64,000 bases of DNA from contig OZ218951.1 of assembly GCA_965112735.1 (NCBI GenBank), positions 62,001 through 126,000 of the forward strand, in the 5' to 3' direction. Under the pieces are notes generated by a model that was given only the letters and a program-made list of their open reading frames with translations, made no database searches and was not told the origin of the DNA. The stretch is from Phaeosaccion multiseriatum. Taxonomy: Eukaryota > Protista > Ochrophyta, other classes. Numbering within the stretch: the first letter of the stretch is position 1; each line of letters opens with the position of its first letter. The position numbers were made by a program, and so were the translations under genes. Of this stretch, positions 51,454 to 63,000 are shown piece after piece.

Positions 51454-51774
51454 GGCACTGGACACAAACAAAGTCGAGACAGGAAGGGCAAGCAGCACCG
51501 ACAGAATAAGAGTTAGAGAAGGACGGGAGCCATTGTCAAAGCCAGGGCAGAGTGAGAGCAAGGGAGGCACACTTGCTCACGTTTTCAGAGCTTCAAAGAA
51601 GGGTTAGAAGCCAGACAACAGGTAGGGAGAGGAGGGAGGGAGGGAAGGAGGGAAGGAGGAAGGGAGGAAGAGAAGAAGGAAGGGCGGGAGGGGGGAAGGG
51701 AGAGAGGGAGGAAGGGCGGGACGGGAGAGAGGAAGAAAAGGGTGTGGCGGAAGGGAGGAGGGTGGGAGAAGAGC

Positions 51775-53373
51775 GGGAAGGACACGAGAGGAAGGAACAG
51801 GGTGGGGAAAGAGCGGAAAGGCGGCACTCTGGTCGGTACACACCTGCCGTTGGAGTGCCGTTGGACTACCTTCGCTTCTGGACCACCTCTGAAGCGTGCA
51901 CACGGCAGAGCAGGGGCAAACGCGAGACCACAGCATACATGGGTACATGGGTAAGCACGGGAAGCAGCTCCAGGCCCGCGGGGGCGCGGGGGGGGGGGGC
52001 AGGAGAAGAGCTCACACATCACGACCGTTCCATCCACCTCCCCTTTCATTGCGTACTACAGGGCGGCTGGAGCAAGAAAGAGGAGCAGAGGGAAGAAGAG
52101 GGGGGCGGGAAGGAGAGGAGAGGAAGGAACAGGGTGGGAGAACAGCGGAAAGGCGGCACTCTGGTCGGTACACACCTGCCGATTGCCGTTGGAGTGCCGT
52201 TGGACGACCTTCGCTTCTGGACCGTCTCTGGAGCGTGCACACGGCAGAGCAGGGGCAAACGCGAGACCACAGCATACATGGGTACATGGGTAAGCACGGG
52301 AAGCAGCTCCAGGCCCGCGGGGGCGCGGGGGGGGGGGGGCAGGAGAAGAGCTCACACATCACGACCGTTCCATCCACCTCCCCTTTCATTGCGTACTACA
52401 GGGCGGCTGGAGCAAGAAAGAGGAGCAGAGGGAAGAAGAGGGGGCGGGAAGGAGAGGAGAGGAAGGAACAGGGTGGGAGAACAGCGGAAAGGCGGCACTC
52501 TGGTCGGTACACACCTGCCGATTGCCGTTGGAGTGCCGTTGGACGACCTTCGCTTCTGGACCGTCTCTGGAGCGTGCACACGGCAGAGCAGGGGCAAACG
52601 CGAGACCACAGCATACATGGGTACATGGGTAAGCACGGGAAGCAGCTCCAGGCCCGCGGGGGCGCGGGGGGGGGGGGGCAGGAGAAGAGCTCACACATCA
52701 CGACCGTTCCATCCACCTCCCCTTTCATTGCGTACTACAGGGCGGCTGGAGCAAGAAAGAGGAGCAGAGGGAAGAAGAGGGGGGCGGGAAGGAGAGGAGA
52801 GGAAGGAACAGGGTGGGAGAACAGCGGAAAGGCGGCACTCTGGTCGGTACACACCTGCCGATTGCCGTTGGAGTGCCGTTGGACGACCTTCGCTTCTGGA
52901 CCGTCTCTGGAGCGTGCACACGGCAGAGCAGGGGCAAGCGCAAGACCACAGCATACATGGGTACATGGGTAAGCACGGGAAGCAGCTCCAGGCCCGCGGA
53001 GGCGCGGGGGGGGGGCAGGAGAAGAGCTCATACATCACGACCGTTCCATCTACCTCCCCTTTCATTGCGTAGCTACAGGGCGGCTGAAGCAAGAAAGAGG
53101 AGCAGAGGGAAGAAGAGGGGGGCGGGAAGGAGACGAGAGGAAGGAACAGGGTGGGAGAACAGCGGAAAGGCGGCACTCTGGTCGTACACACCTGCCGATT
53201 GCCGTTGGAGTGCCGTTGGACCACCTTCGCTTCTGGACCGTCTCTGGAGCGTGCGCACGACAGAGCAGGGGCAAGCGCAAGACCACAGCATACATGGGTA
53301 CATGGGTAAGCACGGGAAGCAGCTCCAGGCCCGCGGAGGCGCGGGGGGGGGCAGGAGAAGAGCTCATACATCA
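51775..53373. repeat. Tandem array of ~339-bp units, ~4.7 copies, upstream of the Crypton ORF
   Basis: Marker ggaaggaacagggtggg at ~51790, 52122, 52461, 52801 and 53139. Confidence 0.95.
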
Positions 53374-54067
53374 CCCCCCCTCCCCCCCCCCGCCATCTTT
53401 CGCAGTCAGTCTTTCCCTCTTCCCTACTCTTCCTGCCTGCTTTCCTCCCCCATGTGCGTCCGCCCTCCCCCCGCCTTTCCCAGCCAGGCTCTGGCCGCGG
53501 CGGCACTCATGTTACCTGTTGCATTTAACCCAGTTTCTTCTGAGCAAGAGCCACAACAACGGCCTAAATAAATTTTGGTAATGGGGAATGGGGGCGTGTG
53601 GGCTTTTTCATTGACTTGTGGGGGTTCGACACGCCGAATCCGGGGGGTTCCCGCCGGATATTTTTTTGGCATCCTAAATGATGGTACCAACTGTACAGCC
53701 TCACACTTGCAAGCTACAATCTCTCTTGCTGCAAGGCACGTGAGGAACCCCCACCGCTCTTCCAGTAAGCACACAGGTGCACTCCTCCCCTTCCGATAAA
53801 GGTGGGGTCGCTAGAGGCAGGGGCGGTGTTTGTGCAGGCAAAAGAAAGGTGCTGTGGCGTGCCCAAACTTTTAACAGGTCTCACCATTCATGTATGATTC
53901 TCTACAGCGCTCGCCCTACTGGGTTCGTACTATAGGTGCTGCTGTGTGCTGCAATGACTTTCCTCTCTCTCTCTCTCTCTCTCTTCATTTGAAGATTGAT
54001 TAATGAACTAACTCTCATGCTCTCCGCTCCCCTTTTATGCATACTCTGCCTGTAGAGGTTAGCAACG

Positions 54068-57000
54068 ATGGCGCAGTGCTTGCCCGAGGGAGATTTGGCC
54101 TCTTCTCTGGGACTTGGTAGCCTAGCGGAGGACTCCTGCTGCCAGGTGGGTGAGAGAAGCAAAGGGGGGTCGGCTCAACCCTTTCCCCCCTCTCTTTCTA
54201 CCAGGAGGCTGCTCATGTGGTTGACATGCATGTGTGGTCCTGGGGCCTGGGACCCTTCTTACGCCTCTAGCGCCCGTCCCCCGTCAACTACTATCGCAGT
54301 TCGAGGTGTGCGGCCTGCCATGTCCGGCGGTGTGGGAGCCGCGCTCGTCGTTGTCCGGCACTTATGGCGCTGCCGGTGAGTCGGGGTAATAGTCGGGGTA
54401 GTCGGGGTAATCCATGCATGGGGGTAGGAGCACTAATCAAAAATGCACCAGTAATTGGGGGGGGGGATGGAAGAGAGGGAGCAGGCAGTCAGTCCAGATC
54501 TAATGTTGCTCTCCTTGCTTGGCTGCGGCTTCGCTTCACTTGTTGCTCCGCTCCGGTTCTCGTTTCTTGCTTTCGCCTCCTCGCTCGTCCTGCGTGAACA
54601 TGCCATCCTGCCGCTCGCTCCTGGCTGGCTGCTGCCGTCCCTGCCGGCGCAGTCATTTGTGCGGTGCTCTTCTTCACCTGCCTGGGAATTGCCACCATGT
54701 TGAAGGTCAAGGGCAAAGGTACGTACAGAGTGTGGAATGTATTGCGTGTCCCATCAGTCAGCCCACACGCCCGCCTGTCGCGCCGTGCCTCCGGCCCTCT
54801 TCCCCCTCCAGCTGAGGAGTTCTTCGTGTGTGGGCGCTCTCTGCCCCTCTTCGTGGTGAGCCTCACTCTGGCCAGTCAGTCGCTCGACTCCAACGCCACG
54901 CTTGGGAATGCGGATCTTGCCTACAAGGTATGAACATGTTTTGCGCTGTGCCTCCTCGCTCCTCAGAAGTGCTTGTGGACTTCCCGAGTCTTGCTTGTCG
55001 TGGCACTGACGCCCCGGCTCCACCACCCCCTCTGCCCATACGCCTGTGCAGTTCCATTTTTGGGACGGAGCTGTGCTGCCCATCGGCTTGGGCCTCTCGC
55101 TGCTGCTGAATGCGATATTCCTGGCCCGAAAGATCCATGCCGTGCCGGGGGTCTTCACGCTTCCTGACGTCATCGGCCGCCATCACGGCCCCGCGGCGGA
55201 GGTGATTGTGTCCCTCATCGAGTGCGTGAGCTTCCTGTGCCTCCTCGCCGGAAACTTCGTGGGTGAGTGCCTGCGATTCTTTCTTTCTGCGTGCGTGTGC
55301 GTGCGTGCGTGTGCGTGCGTGCCTGTCTCTGGGATGAGGAGGGGGCCGTCCCGACACGTGCCACCAAAGACCCAGGCCTTCCGTGGAGCTTCCTCCGCCC
55401 CTGTCGCACTGCGCCTCCACCAGTCTCACCCCCGTCCTATCTCGCTCTCTCTCTCTCTACTCACAGGCATGGCCCGTATCTTTGAGTTTCTCTTCTCCGA
55501 CCTCAACAAGGGCGGCTCCGTCTTCCTCATCGCCATTCTCACCGCCCTGTACACGGGAGCAGGAGGTTTGTCTTGCAAGTCCCGTCATGCCTGTGTGCTG
55601 CCCTCTGTCCCTCACTCACGCGTGGGCCTCTCTGTCTATGCCTTTGCGTGTATCCTTGGCTCTGTTGGGGCACAGGTCTGTACTCTGTGGCCTACACCGA
55701 CGTCATCCAGGTCCGTCGGTGCTCTTTGCAAAGCACCAAGCAAGCAAGCAAGCGGGTCCTCCCTATCCTATTTTCGACACTCAAGACCCTCCCGTCCGCA
55801 CTCCTTGAAACTCAAACTGTCCTCGGAAACGCCCCTCCCTACCGCCCCTGCCTGCCCCTCTCTGCCCCTCTGTGTCAGGTGCTGATGGGCATCAGTGGCC
55901 TCATCGTCGCTGTTACCGTCATGATGAGCAAGCAGAACGATGACTTCCCAAGCCCCTCCGTTGGCTTCCCCGACTACGCCTACCCGCCCGACGGCGACGC
56001 CTGCGAGCTGTACAACGGCGTGCCGGGCACAGCTGACCCCGAGTCTTGTGTTTATAACTCGGAGGAGTTCGGCCCCGACGGCGTGGATAACGGCGCATAC
56101 CCGTACGGAGATAAGAAGGTGTTCAACGACGGCATGGAGGACTTCGACGCCTACGCACCCTTCCCTAACGCCATGTTCTTCAACTGGGCCACCATCTTCA
56201 TCCTCGGCTTCGGAAACCTCGCCGCGCTCGACTTCCAAGCCCGAGTCATGGTGAGGGATGTGTGTGCGTGTTTGTGTGTGTGTGTGTGTGCGTATGTGCA
56301 TGTGTGCGTGTGAGTGTGCGCGCGTGCGTGTTCGTGTGTACGTGTGTGTGTGCGTGTGTGTGTGTTTCAGACATGCCCGCATACTCGTATTGCTGCGGCT
56401 GAGCGGCCATTCTTGCCCCCCTTCGCGTGTGTACGCCCCTCCGTGTGTGCCCACGCCGCTCGACAGGCCTCCAAGACGGCCAAGATCGCTACCCTCGGCA
56501 ACCTCGTCGGCGCCGGTCTCACCTTTGGGGTAAGTTACTGAGGGAGTTGTTCACATCAGACCCCCCTTGCCGGGTGCGCTTACTTGCCCCCTTGTGTGCG
56601 TGACCACCCCCTTCAGGTGGGCATCCCCTTCGGGCTGCTGGCAGGTCTGTCTCGCCTGCACTACGGCCCTGATTCCCAGGTGAGTCCAGTTGCTTGGGCT
56701 GCCTACCTATGTACTTAAGTATCTCGCAGCTTGCCTCCGCCCCCCCGACAAGTGCCAGTGTCTCAACGCCCCCAACTCCTCCCCCGCTCTGTGCTGGACC
56801 CCTCCGCGCTCTTCCCCTCGACAATGCGATGACTTCCAACCCCTTCACCTTCCCCCGCGGGAGCAGTTCGCAGAGTTCGAGCCCAACACATGCTCGTCGC
56901 AGGTGCGTCTCACAGATGGCAGGGGGTGGTGTACGGGGCCTGTCGCTGTGCTGTGTCGACCTGTGGCCCTGACCTCTGCCTCCCCCACTCCGCTCCCCTC

Positions 57001-58892
57001 CCCTCCCCTCCCCTGTGATCAGATCGGCCTCCCGTCCTGCGCCCAGTGGCTGCCCGACAAGTTCGCCTTCCTCAGGCTTGGTGAGAAGAGAGCAGATCAA
57101 CACACACTCTTTTCTTGTCCTGAGGCACTTACCCTTACCGGCCGGCCGGTGCTGCAGAGGTGTCGACCCCATGGGCGGCCGTCTGAGAGAGAGGCTCCTC
57201 ATGCCTGACCTGCCCCTCCCCTCGCCCTGTCCCTCGCCCTGTCCCTCGCCCTGTCCCTCGCCCTGTCCCTCGCCCTCCCTCTCGCCCTGTGCTCAGTGAC
57301 GACGCAGTTCCCCACGTGGCTCGGGTGCTGGACCCTCATCGGAATCGTCGCCGCGTCCATGAGCACCAGGTGCGTCTTCTCCTCGCGGGTTCAAACACAG
57401 GGTTAGGGTCAAGGGAGGGAGGAGTGGCTCTTCTTCTCCATGAGCTGCGTGTCGGCTGAGCGCGGACCAGCCAGCCTGGTCAGAGAAGGCGAAAGTGCGT
57501 TGGTCGCGAAAGCGGCGTCCTCGCTCATCTCTCCTCTCTCCTCTCTCGCATAGTGTGGCTACTCACATCTCCATCCCTCTCCCTCCCTCCCTCCCTCCCT
57601 CCCTCCCTCCTCCCGCCCCTCTTGTGCATGGTGTGTCCTGCCTTGACTTGTGCAGTGATGGAGCCATCCTGGCCATCTCCACGGTTCTGAGCCACAACAT
57701 CGGCCGCAAGCTTCTGTCGGGCACCGCGGCGGGCAGGGAGAACATGGACAAGTACTTGCTGCTCATCGTCAGAGTCACCATCGTTGTAAGTGGAAGAGGG
57801 GAGCAGGGGTGTGCGTGCGTGCGTGCGGCTGTGTGGGACGGGAGAAGAAGGGATAGGATACACCCCCATCCCATCCATACGTGTGTACAACACCCGTTCT
57901 GAAACAGCCCCCCCCCTGCCCCTCCACGCTTCCCTCGCAGCCCGTAGTGATCATCGCTGCCGTCGTCGCCACGCTCTACAACGAGACAGGCTATCGTGAG
58001 TGCCGTAGTAGTCTCGTCGCGGACGGGGGGGGAGCGAGAGACAGCATGCCCACCGAGGCTTTTCACTTTGTTGGCCCTTGTCGACCGTGACAGTTACTTG
58101 CCCCTGCCCCATGCCCCGTGCACTGCCATCCCCTGTCCCCAAGTGCTCATCGTGGCCTTCGACATCGTCCTGGCCGGAGTGGTGCCCGCAATCTTCGCGT
58201 GCTTCTACGGCCGCAAGCTGTTCACCAACGGGGGCATCCTCGCGGGCATCATCGCAGGCAGTCTCACGCGCGTGGTGCTTGAGTACGCGCTGCCCAAGGA
58301 CGGCGACCTCGTGCTGCCCGTGGGCAACTTCTCCTACGGCTACGGAGATGCGCAGCCCGGCCTTCCCGAGTTCTTCGATGTACCTGCGGCCGAGCACTGG
58401 GACCCTAGCACCTGCGACCAGCCCAGGCTGGAGGACTGGACCGGCCTCGACAGGTGCGTTGCCTCTCGCCCCTGTCATCCCCTCCCTATTTCTCCCTCTG
58501 ATCCCCCTCCCACCCGTCCCCGTGCCGGCAGTCTGCTGTCTCCCGTGGTGAACATCGTGCTGGCGCTGATTTGGAGCCTCATCGAGAAGAGCACGGGCAA
58601 GTCTCTGTGGGGCTGCCTGCCCAAGTCCTGGGTGGAGCCGTCCAGTGCTTACGTAAGTGCCTACCTGCCTGCATCCCAGGCCCCCTCCAGGCCACCTCGC
58701 TCTTGTCCGCCCACCCATCGCAACCACACACCGTCACACTCACCCGCTTCCTTCCTCTCCCTTGCTGCCTGCCTTGTCCTCACGCAGTATGGCGAGGCCC
58801 ACGCCGGGAAGGAGAATGCCATCGCGGACATGGATGACACCAAGACCACCGATAAGCTGCGCACCAGCAACCACAGGACCGCCGCCATCTGA
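54068..58892 (+). CDS. Sodium:solute symporter (SSS/SLC5), SLC5A7/CHT1-like, with a Cys-rich N-terminus; candidate guanidine importer
   Basis: Spliced protein MAQCLPEG...DSCCQ|FEVCGLPCP...; EEFFVCGRSLPLFVVSLTLASQSLDSNATLG, FTLPDVIGRHHG, GG|LYSVAYTDVIQ, IVAASMST|SDGAILAISTVLSHNI; many TM segments; stop at 58890-58892. Confidence 0.9.
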
Positions 58893-59185
58893 GCGGGAAT
58901 GGAAGCGAAGCGATTCCCCCGGGGGAGGATCGAGCCGGCTCCACGGCTTTGTGCTACACATGGGCACGTGGAGAGTGGAGAGGGAAGAGAGCCTCTTTAA
59001 CTGTAAGGGGCCAGAGAGGGGTGGGGGCTGGCTGGTGCCAGGGTTGGACGTAGGTAGTTACTGTAGCTTATTGAGAGTGGTTTGTGGGTAAGGTAGGAAG
59101 TAGGTAGAGGTTCAAAATAGTGTCCGTCTTTAATGTAGAGTAGTAGTTTGAGCTCTTATAGGAGCTCATAGGCTACATTACAAGC

Positions 59186-59222
<37 letters not shown>

Positions 59223-59309
59223 ACACGTGTTACCACCACGCACGCGCACACACACATTCTGCGCAGGTCAGTACACTGTATTTTAGGGTTAGCTCACGCA
59301 GTAGACACC

Positions 59310-60018
59310 ATCTATCGTAGTGAATATTGAATATTGCACCAGTAAATGGTCAATGAAAAGGTCAATATATGTATGTCAAGTGTTTTGGGTAAGCCCAACG
59401 GCCACAACATAATCAGTCCGTTCCCGTATTGTAGTCGACCCCTGACGTACTATCGACGCATTCTCGATAGCATGCTATCGGCCGCCGGCGATAGCAGATA
59501 CATCGAAGTAGCAGATAGCACGTCAGACGTCCGTCAAACTCGATCAAACACCCTTACCCTTGAAGCTGGCTGGCTGGTGCGGTGGAAGGAGTAGGAGGTT
59601 GGAGCAGAAAAAGTGAAAGATGGGTGGACGAGGAGAAGATACTAGAGATACCAGCGGTGTAGGGGGTGGAGGACTGGTAGAGGAAGGAGAGAAGGAGGAG
59701 TGTGGTGGATGTCAAGGTTCAAGGCGTATGAAAAGGGCAGCGCAAAAGGTGAGGAGCAGAGGCCTTGGCCTTCCCAACCATCCCAAAATATCCGTTTCTG
59801 ATCCATTTAAACCTGGCTGAGAAAGTTGAATGGGGAATAGACCCAAGAAGACTTTGTACAAAGAGTCAGTTCACGTCGGGAGGTGGGCGTGTGTGCGTGT
59901 GTGCGTGTGTGCGCACAGATACCCCCAGCTGGGAGGAAGGAGGAAAAAATCCGAAACTTCCAATTTTTACCTGCGAGCTGTGTGCGGCAACAACATACAA
60001 ATATTGAATATTGTCAAT
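59310..60018 (+). promoter_or_regulatory. gdmH upstream region with a CGATAG/CTATCG palindrome cluster, tandem GGTCAAT and a repeated AATATTGAATATTG
   Basis: CTATCG at 59450 and 59475, CGATAG at 59465 and 59489, AGATA(G) at 59496 and 59513; GGTCAAT at 59348 and 59360; 14-mer at 59323 and 60000. Function is inferred from position only. Confidence 0.4.
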
Positions 60019-63000
60019 ATGTGGTTTGCTTTGAGGACAGCACGCGCAGCGAGGAAGGCAGCTATCGGATCGGTTCGCCATCACCATCCAAGTCCTTTTG
60101 ACGGGAAAGGTGGAGACTTTGGCAAGACGAGGTGTGAATGAAGTGGGAGCTGCTCTGCTGTTAACAATATGCACAAACATATCTCTAAGCTGCTCCCTCG
60201 CTGCTTTCCGCCACTGAATCCCCTCCTTGGCAGGGGATGGAAGGCTGCGCAGGCCGAGAAGGAGCTCCCCCACACGGTCGCCGAGAGAGAGGCGAAGGAA
60301 GGTGAGCAGAGTGTTGAAACGAGCAAAGGGAATCGCGATTGCCTCTACTCGAGGAATCTGCTTCCCAAATCCCACCACTTTGTGTGCGTGGCTGTTTCCC
60401 TCCCGTGCAGGCCTGGAGCTCGGGCTGCCCGGAGCCAGCAGCATCGAGGACAGGACCATCCCCACCTTCTCCAGGTAGGTCGTTTGAGACGAGAGGCAGG
60501 GCTCCTTGCTTTGGACCGAGAGGGGGAGAGGCAAACAAAGAGAGAGAGAGAGAGAAATATAGGCATACAAACAAACAGAAAGAGTGAGACCATTTGCGCT
60601 TGGTTTGCTCGCCGGGTCGATGGACTGCAGCCGCCGGCCTGACGCCTTGACGCGTCCCTCCGTCCCTCCTACCCTCCTTCCTCCTCCAGGGGCGAGCTGC
60701 CCCACTTCGCCGGCATCAACACGTTCATGAAGGCCCCCTTCGTGGAGGATATTAAGAAGTGCGGGGCATACGACGCCGCCGTGCTGGGCGTGCCCTTCGA
60801 TGGAGGTAAGTGCGTGCGTGCACGGGTTGAGGGGCGAAGTAAGCAAGGCGACTTTAGATGCCCCTCCCTCCCCCCCTTCACACACTCCTGCTGCAACCAA
60901 CCCTTCCCGCTTGTGTCGCCCCTCCCGCTCAGGCTGCACCTACCGCGCCGGCACGCGCTTCGGGCCACAGGGCATCCGCCGCATCTCTGCGCTGTACACG
61001 CCGTACCACTACGAGAAAGGTCCGTTGTGTCGAGAGCCTTGAGTGTGTGGGAGGGCGTGTCTGCTCGGGATCAATGTACTTGCGCTGCATTGCTTGCAAG
61101 TGAATCGGGGGGAGGAGAGGGTGTGCGTGCGTGCGAGCGTGCTTTCACGAGTGGGCGTCTCCTCTCCGTGAGACCACTCCGTCGGGCGCCCCTCTTCCTG
61201 TCTTGGCCTCCACCTTTCAGGAAATAAGGAAGGGGGAATCAGTCCCTCGATGACAGCCGGGCTGTAACGGCTGTAGCTTCGCTCCTTAAATCCATCCAGA
61301 GACACTAATCCCACTCTCATCCTTAGATGCATCCCAAAGCCATATCCATCCATCCAGAGGCACACAAAGACAAACACGTGTCCCGAATGTGAGGAGGCTT
61401 ATGAAAAGTGGGGTGTATGTGTGTGTGTGCACCGCCAGCGGCCAGACAGACACGTGTTGCTTCCGCCCCTGACCCCTGACGCCCCTCTCACCCCTGACCC
61501 CTGACACCAGGCATTGACCTCCGCGAGGAGATGACCCTGTGCGACGTAGGCGACGTGTTCACCATCCCCGCCAACATCGAGAAGACGTTCGACCAGATCT
61601 CCAACGCCGTGTCCTACGTGGCGGCCTCGGGGGCCATGCCCATCATCATGGGCGGGGACCACAGGTAAGCGGTGCAAGGTGAGACATGAGAGGAAGTGTT
61701 CTTTGGGATGAAAAACTCCTCCCCTCACTTCCATTTTCAGTTTCAGTTTACTGACCGGACCATGGATTGCCATCTGTTTGGAGTACCGTGCTGACTTTAC
61801 ACCTATCCTTGCCTTGCCTGCTCCGCTCTGCAGCATCGGCTACCCCACTGTACGCGGCATCGCCTCGGTCACCACCAAGGTGAGAACAAGCACACGGCAC
61901 ACGGCACACGAAGGAGACAAGAGGCGGCCCGAGGGTGCCATGCGCGTTGCCCAGATCGCACTGAGCTCGCTACAACTCACTGGCCACGGACTGCGAAGCG
62001 TCCTCCCTTTCACCGCCCTTGGCCCTCCCTCCCTCAGCAGTCTAGCCCCGCTCCTCCCCCCCCTCGCCCTTCCTGCCCACCCAGAAAATTGGCATCATTC
62101 ACATCGACCGCCACGCGGACATCCAGGAGAAGGACCTTGACGAGCGCATGCACACGACGCCCTACTTCCACGCCACCAACATCCCCAACGTGCCCGCCAA
62201 GAACCTCGTGCAGATCGGCATCGGGGGCTGGCAGGTCAGTGCCTCGTGTCAGGCAGGCACTCAGTCAGTCAGTCAGTCAGGCAGTCAGGCAGTCAGTCAG
62301 GCAGTCAGTCAGTCGGTCAATCACTCACTCACTCGCTCACTCATTCAGTCATATTCAGTCAGTCAGTCAGTCGGTCACTCACTCATTCAGCCACTCATTC
62401 AGTCACTCATTCAGTCAGTCAGTCAGTTGGTCAGTCAGTCATTTAGTCAGTCGCTCAGTCGGTCAGGCAGGCCTGTGAGGCTTTTTCTTTGTCTTCCTCT
62501 CCTCTCTATTTCTCTACGTGATGCTCTCTCTCTTGCATTTCTATTTCTCTCTAGTCCTGCCCCCCCCAGTGTTGCTCAGGCCGTGTGCCCCTAACGTGGT
62601 CTCTGTACTGCCCCGTATGCCTCTACTCTGTCTCATCTACTGCCCATTTGCCTCTGCTCAGGTGCCCCGCGCTGCCGTACCCAACATGCGAGACCGCTTC
62701 ACCAACATCTTCACCATGCAGGACCTCGACGACCTCGGCCTGGACAAGGTACTTCTTACGTATGAGTGTGTATGTGTCGTGTGTATGTGTGTGAGTGTGC
62801 ATGTGTGTGTATGTGTGAATGTGCATGTGTGTGTATATGTGTCGTGTGCATGTGTGTGTGTACGTGTGTGAGTGTGCATGTGTGTGTATGTGTGTGTGCT
62901 TTCGTGTAGGTAGAGGAGAGCCTTGCCAGTGACGCATAAGGTCTGCCCTCCCTACTGCGGGACTTCGCTGCCTTCGACACATGTCGCTGAATCTTGCTTG

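Larger units (their letters stand above)
47579..53720 (-). mobile_element. Crypton-like tyrosine-recombinase DNA transposon (CryptonS-like); the end upstream of the ORF is uncertain (53370-53720)
   Basis: Intron-containing YR gene; TATGG on the minus strand at 47579-47583 beside the junction with the gdmH fragment; 12-bp subterminal repeats at 47605-47645; 339-bp tandem array upstream of the ORF. Confidence 0.7.

Noticed and set aside
51552-53581. Long ORFs (506, 358 and 271 aa) over the 339-bp array
   Set aside because: Frames shift with G-run length between units; non-coding repeat artefact.
54068-58892. Transporter as a DUR3 urea transporter
   Set aside because: Motifs such as LYSVAYTDVIQ and AASMSTSDGAIL resemble SLC5A7/CHT1-like SSS members more than DUR3; substrate remains unproven.
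59810-59860. GCTGAGA...ACCC as a possible TPP riboswitch
   Set aside because: The downstream ACCTGA..GGxAAT..CxGCGxAGG elements are missing.
61015-61040. aaggtccg...gtcgagag faintly resembles the guanidine-I riboswitch 5' core
   Set aside because: Lacks the P1 stem and the conserved 3' GGGAxAAAAGCCCGGGAG-type element; overlaps the splice donor.
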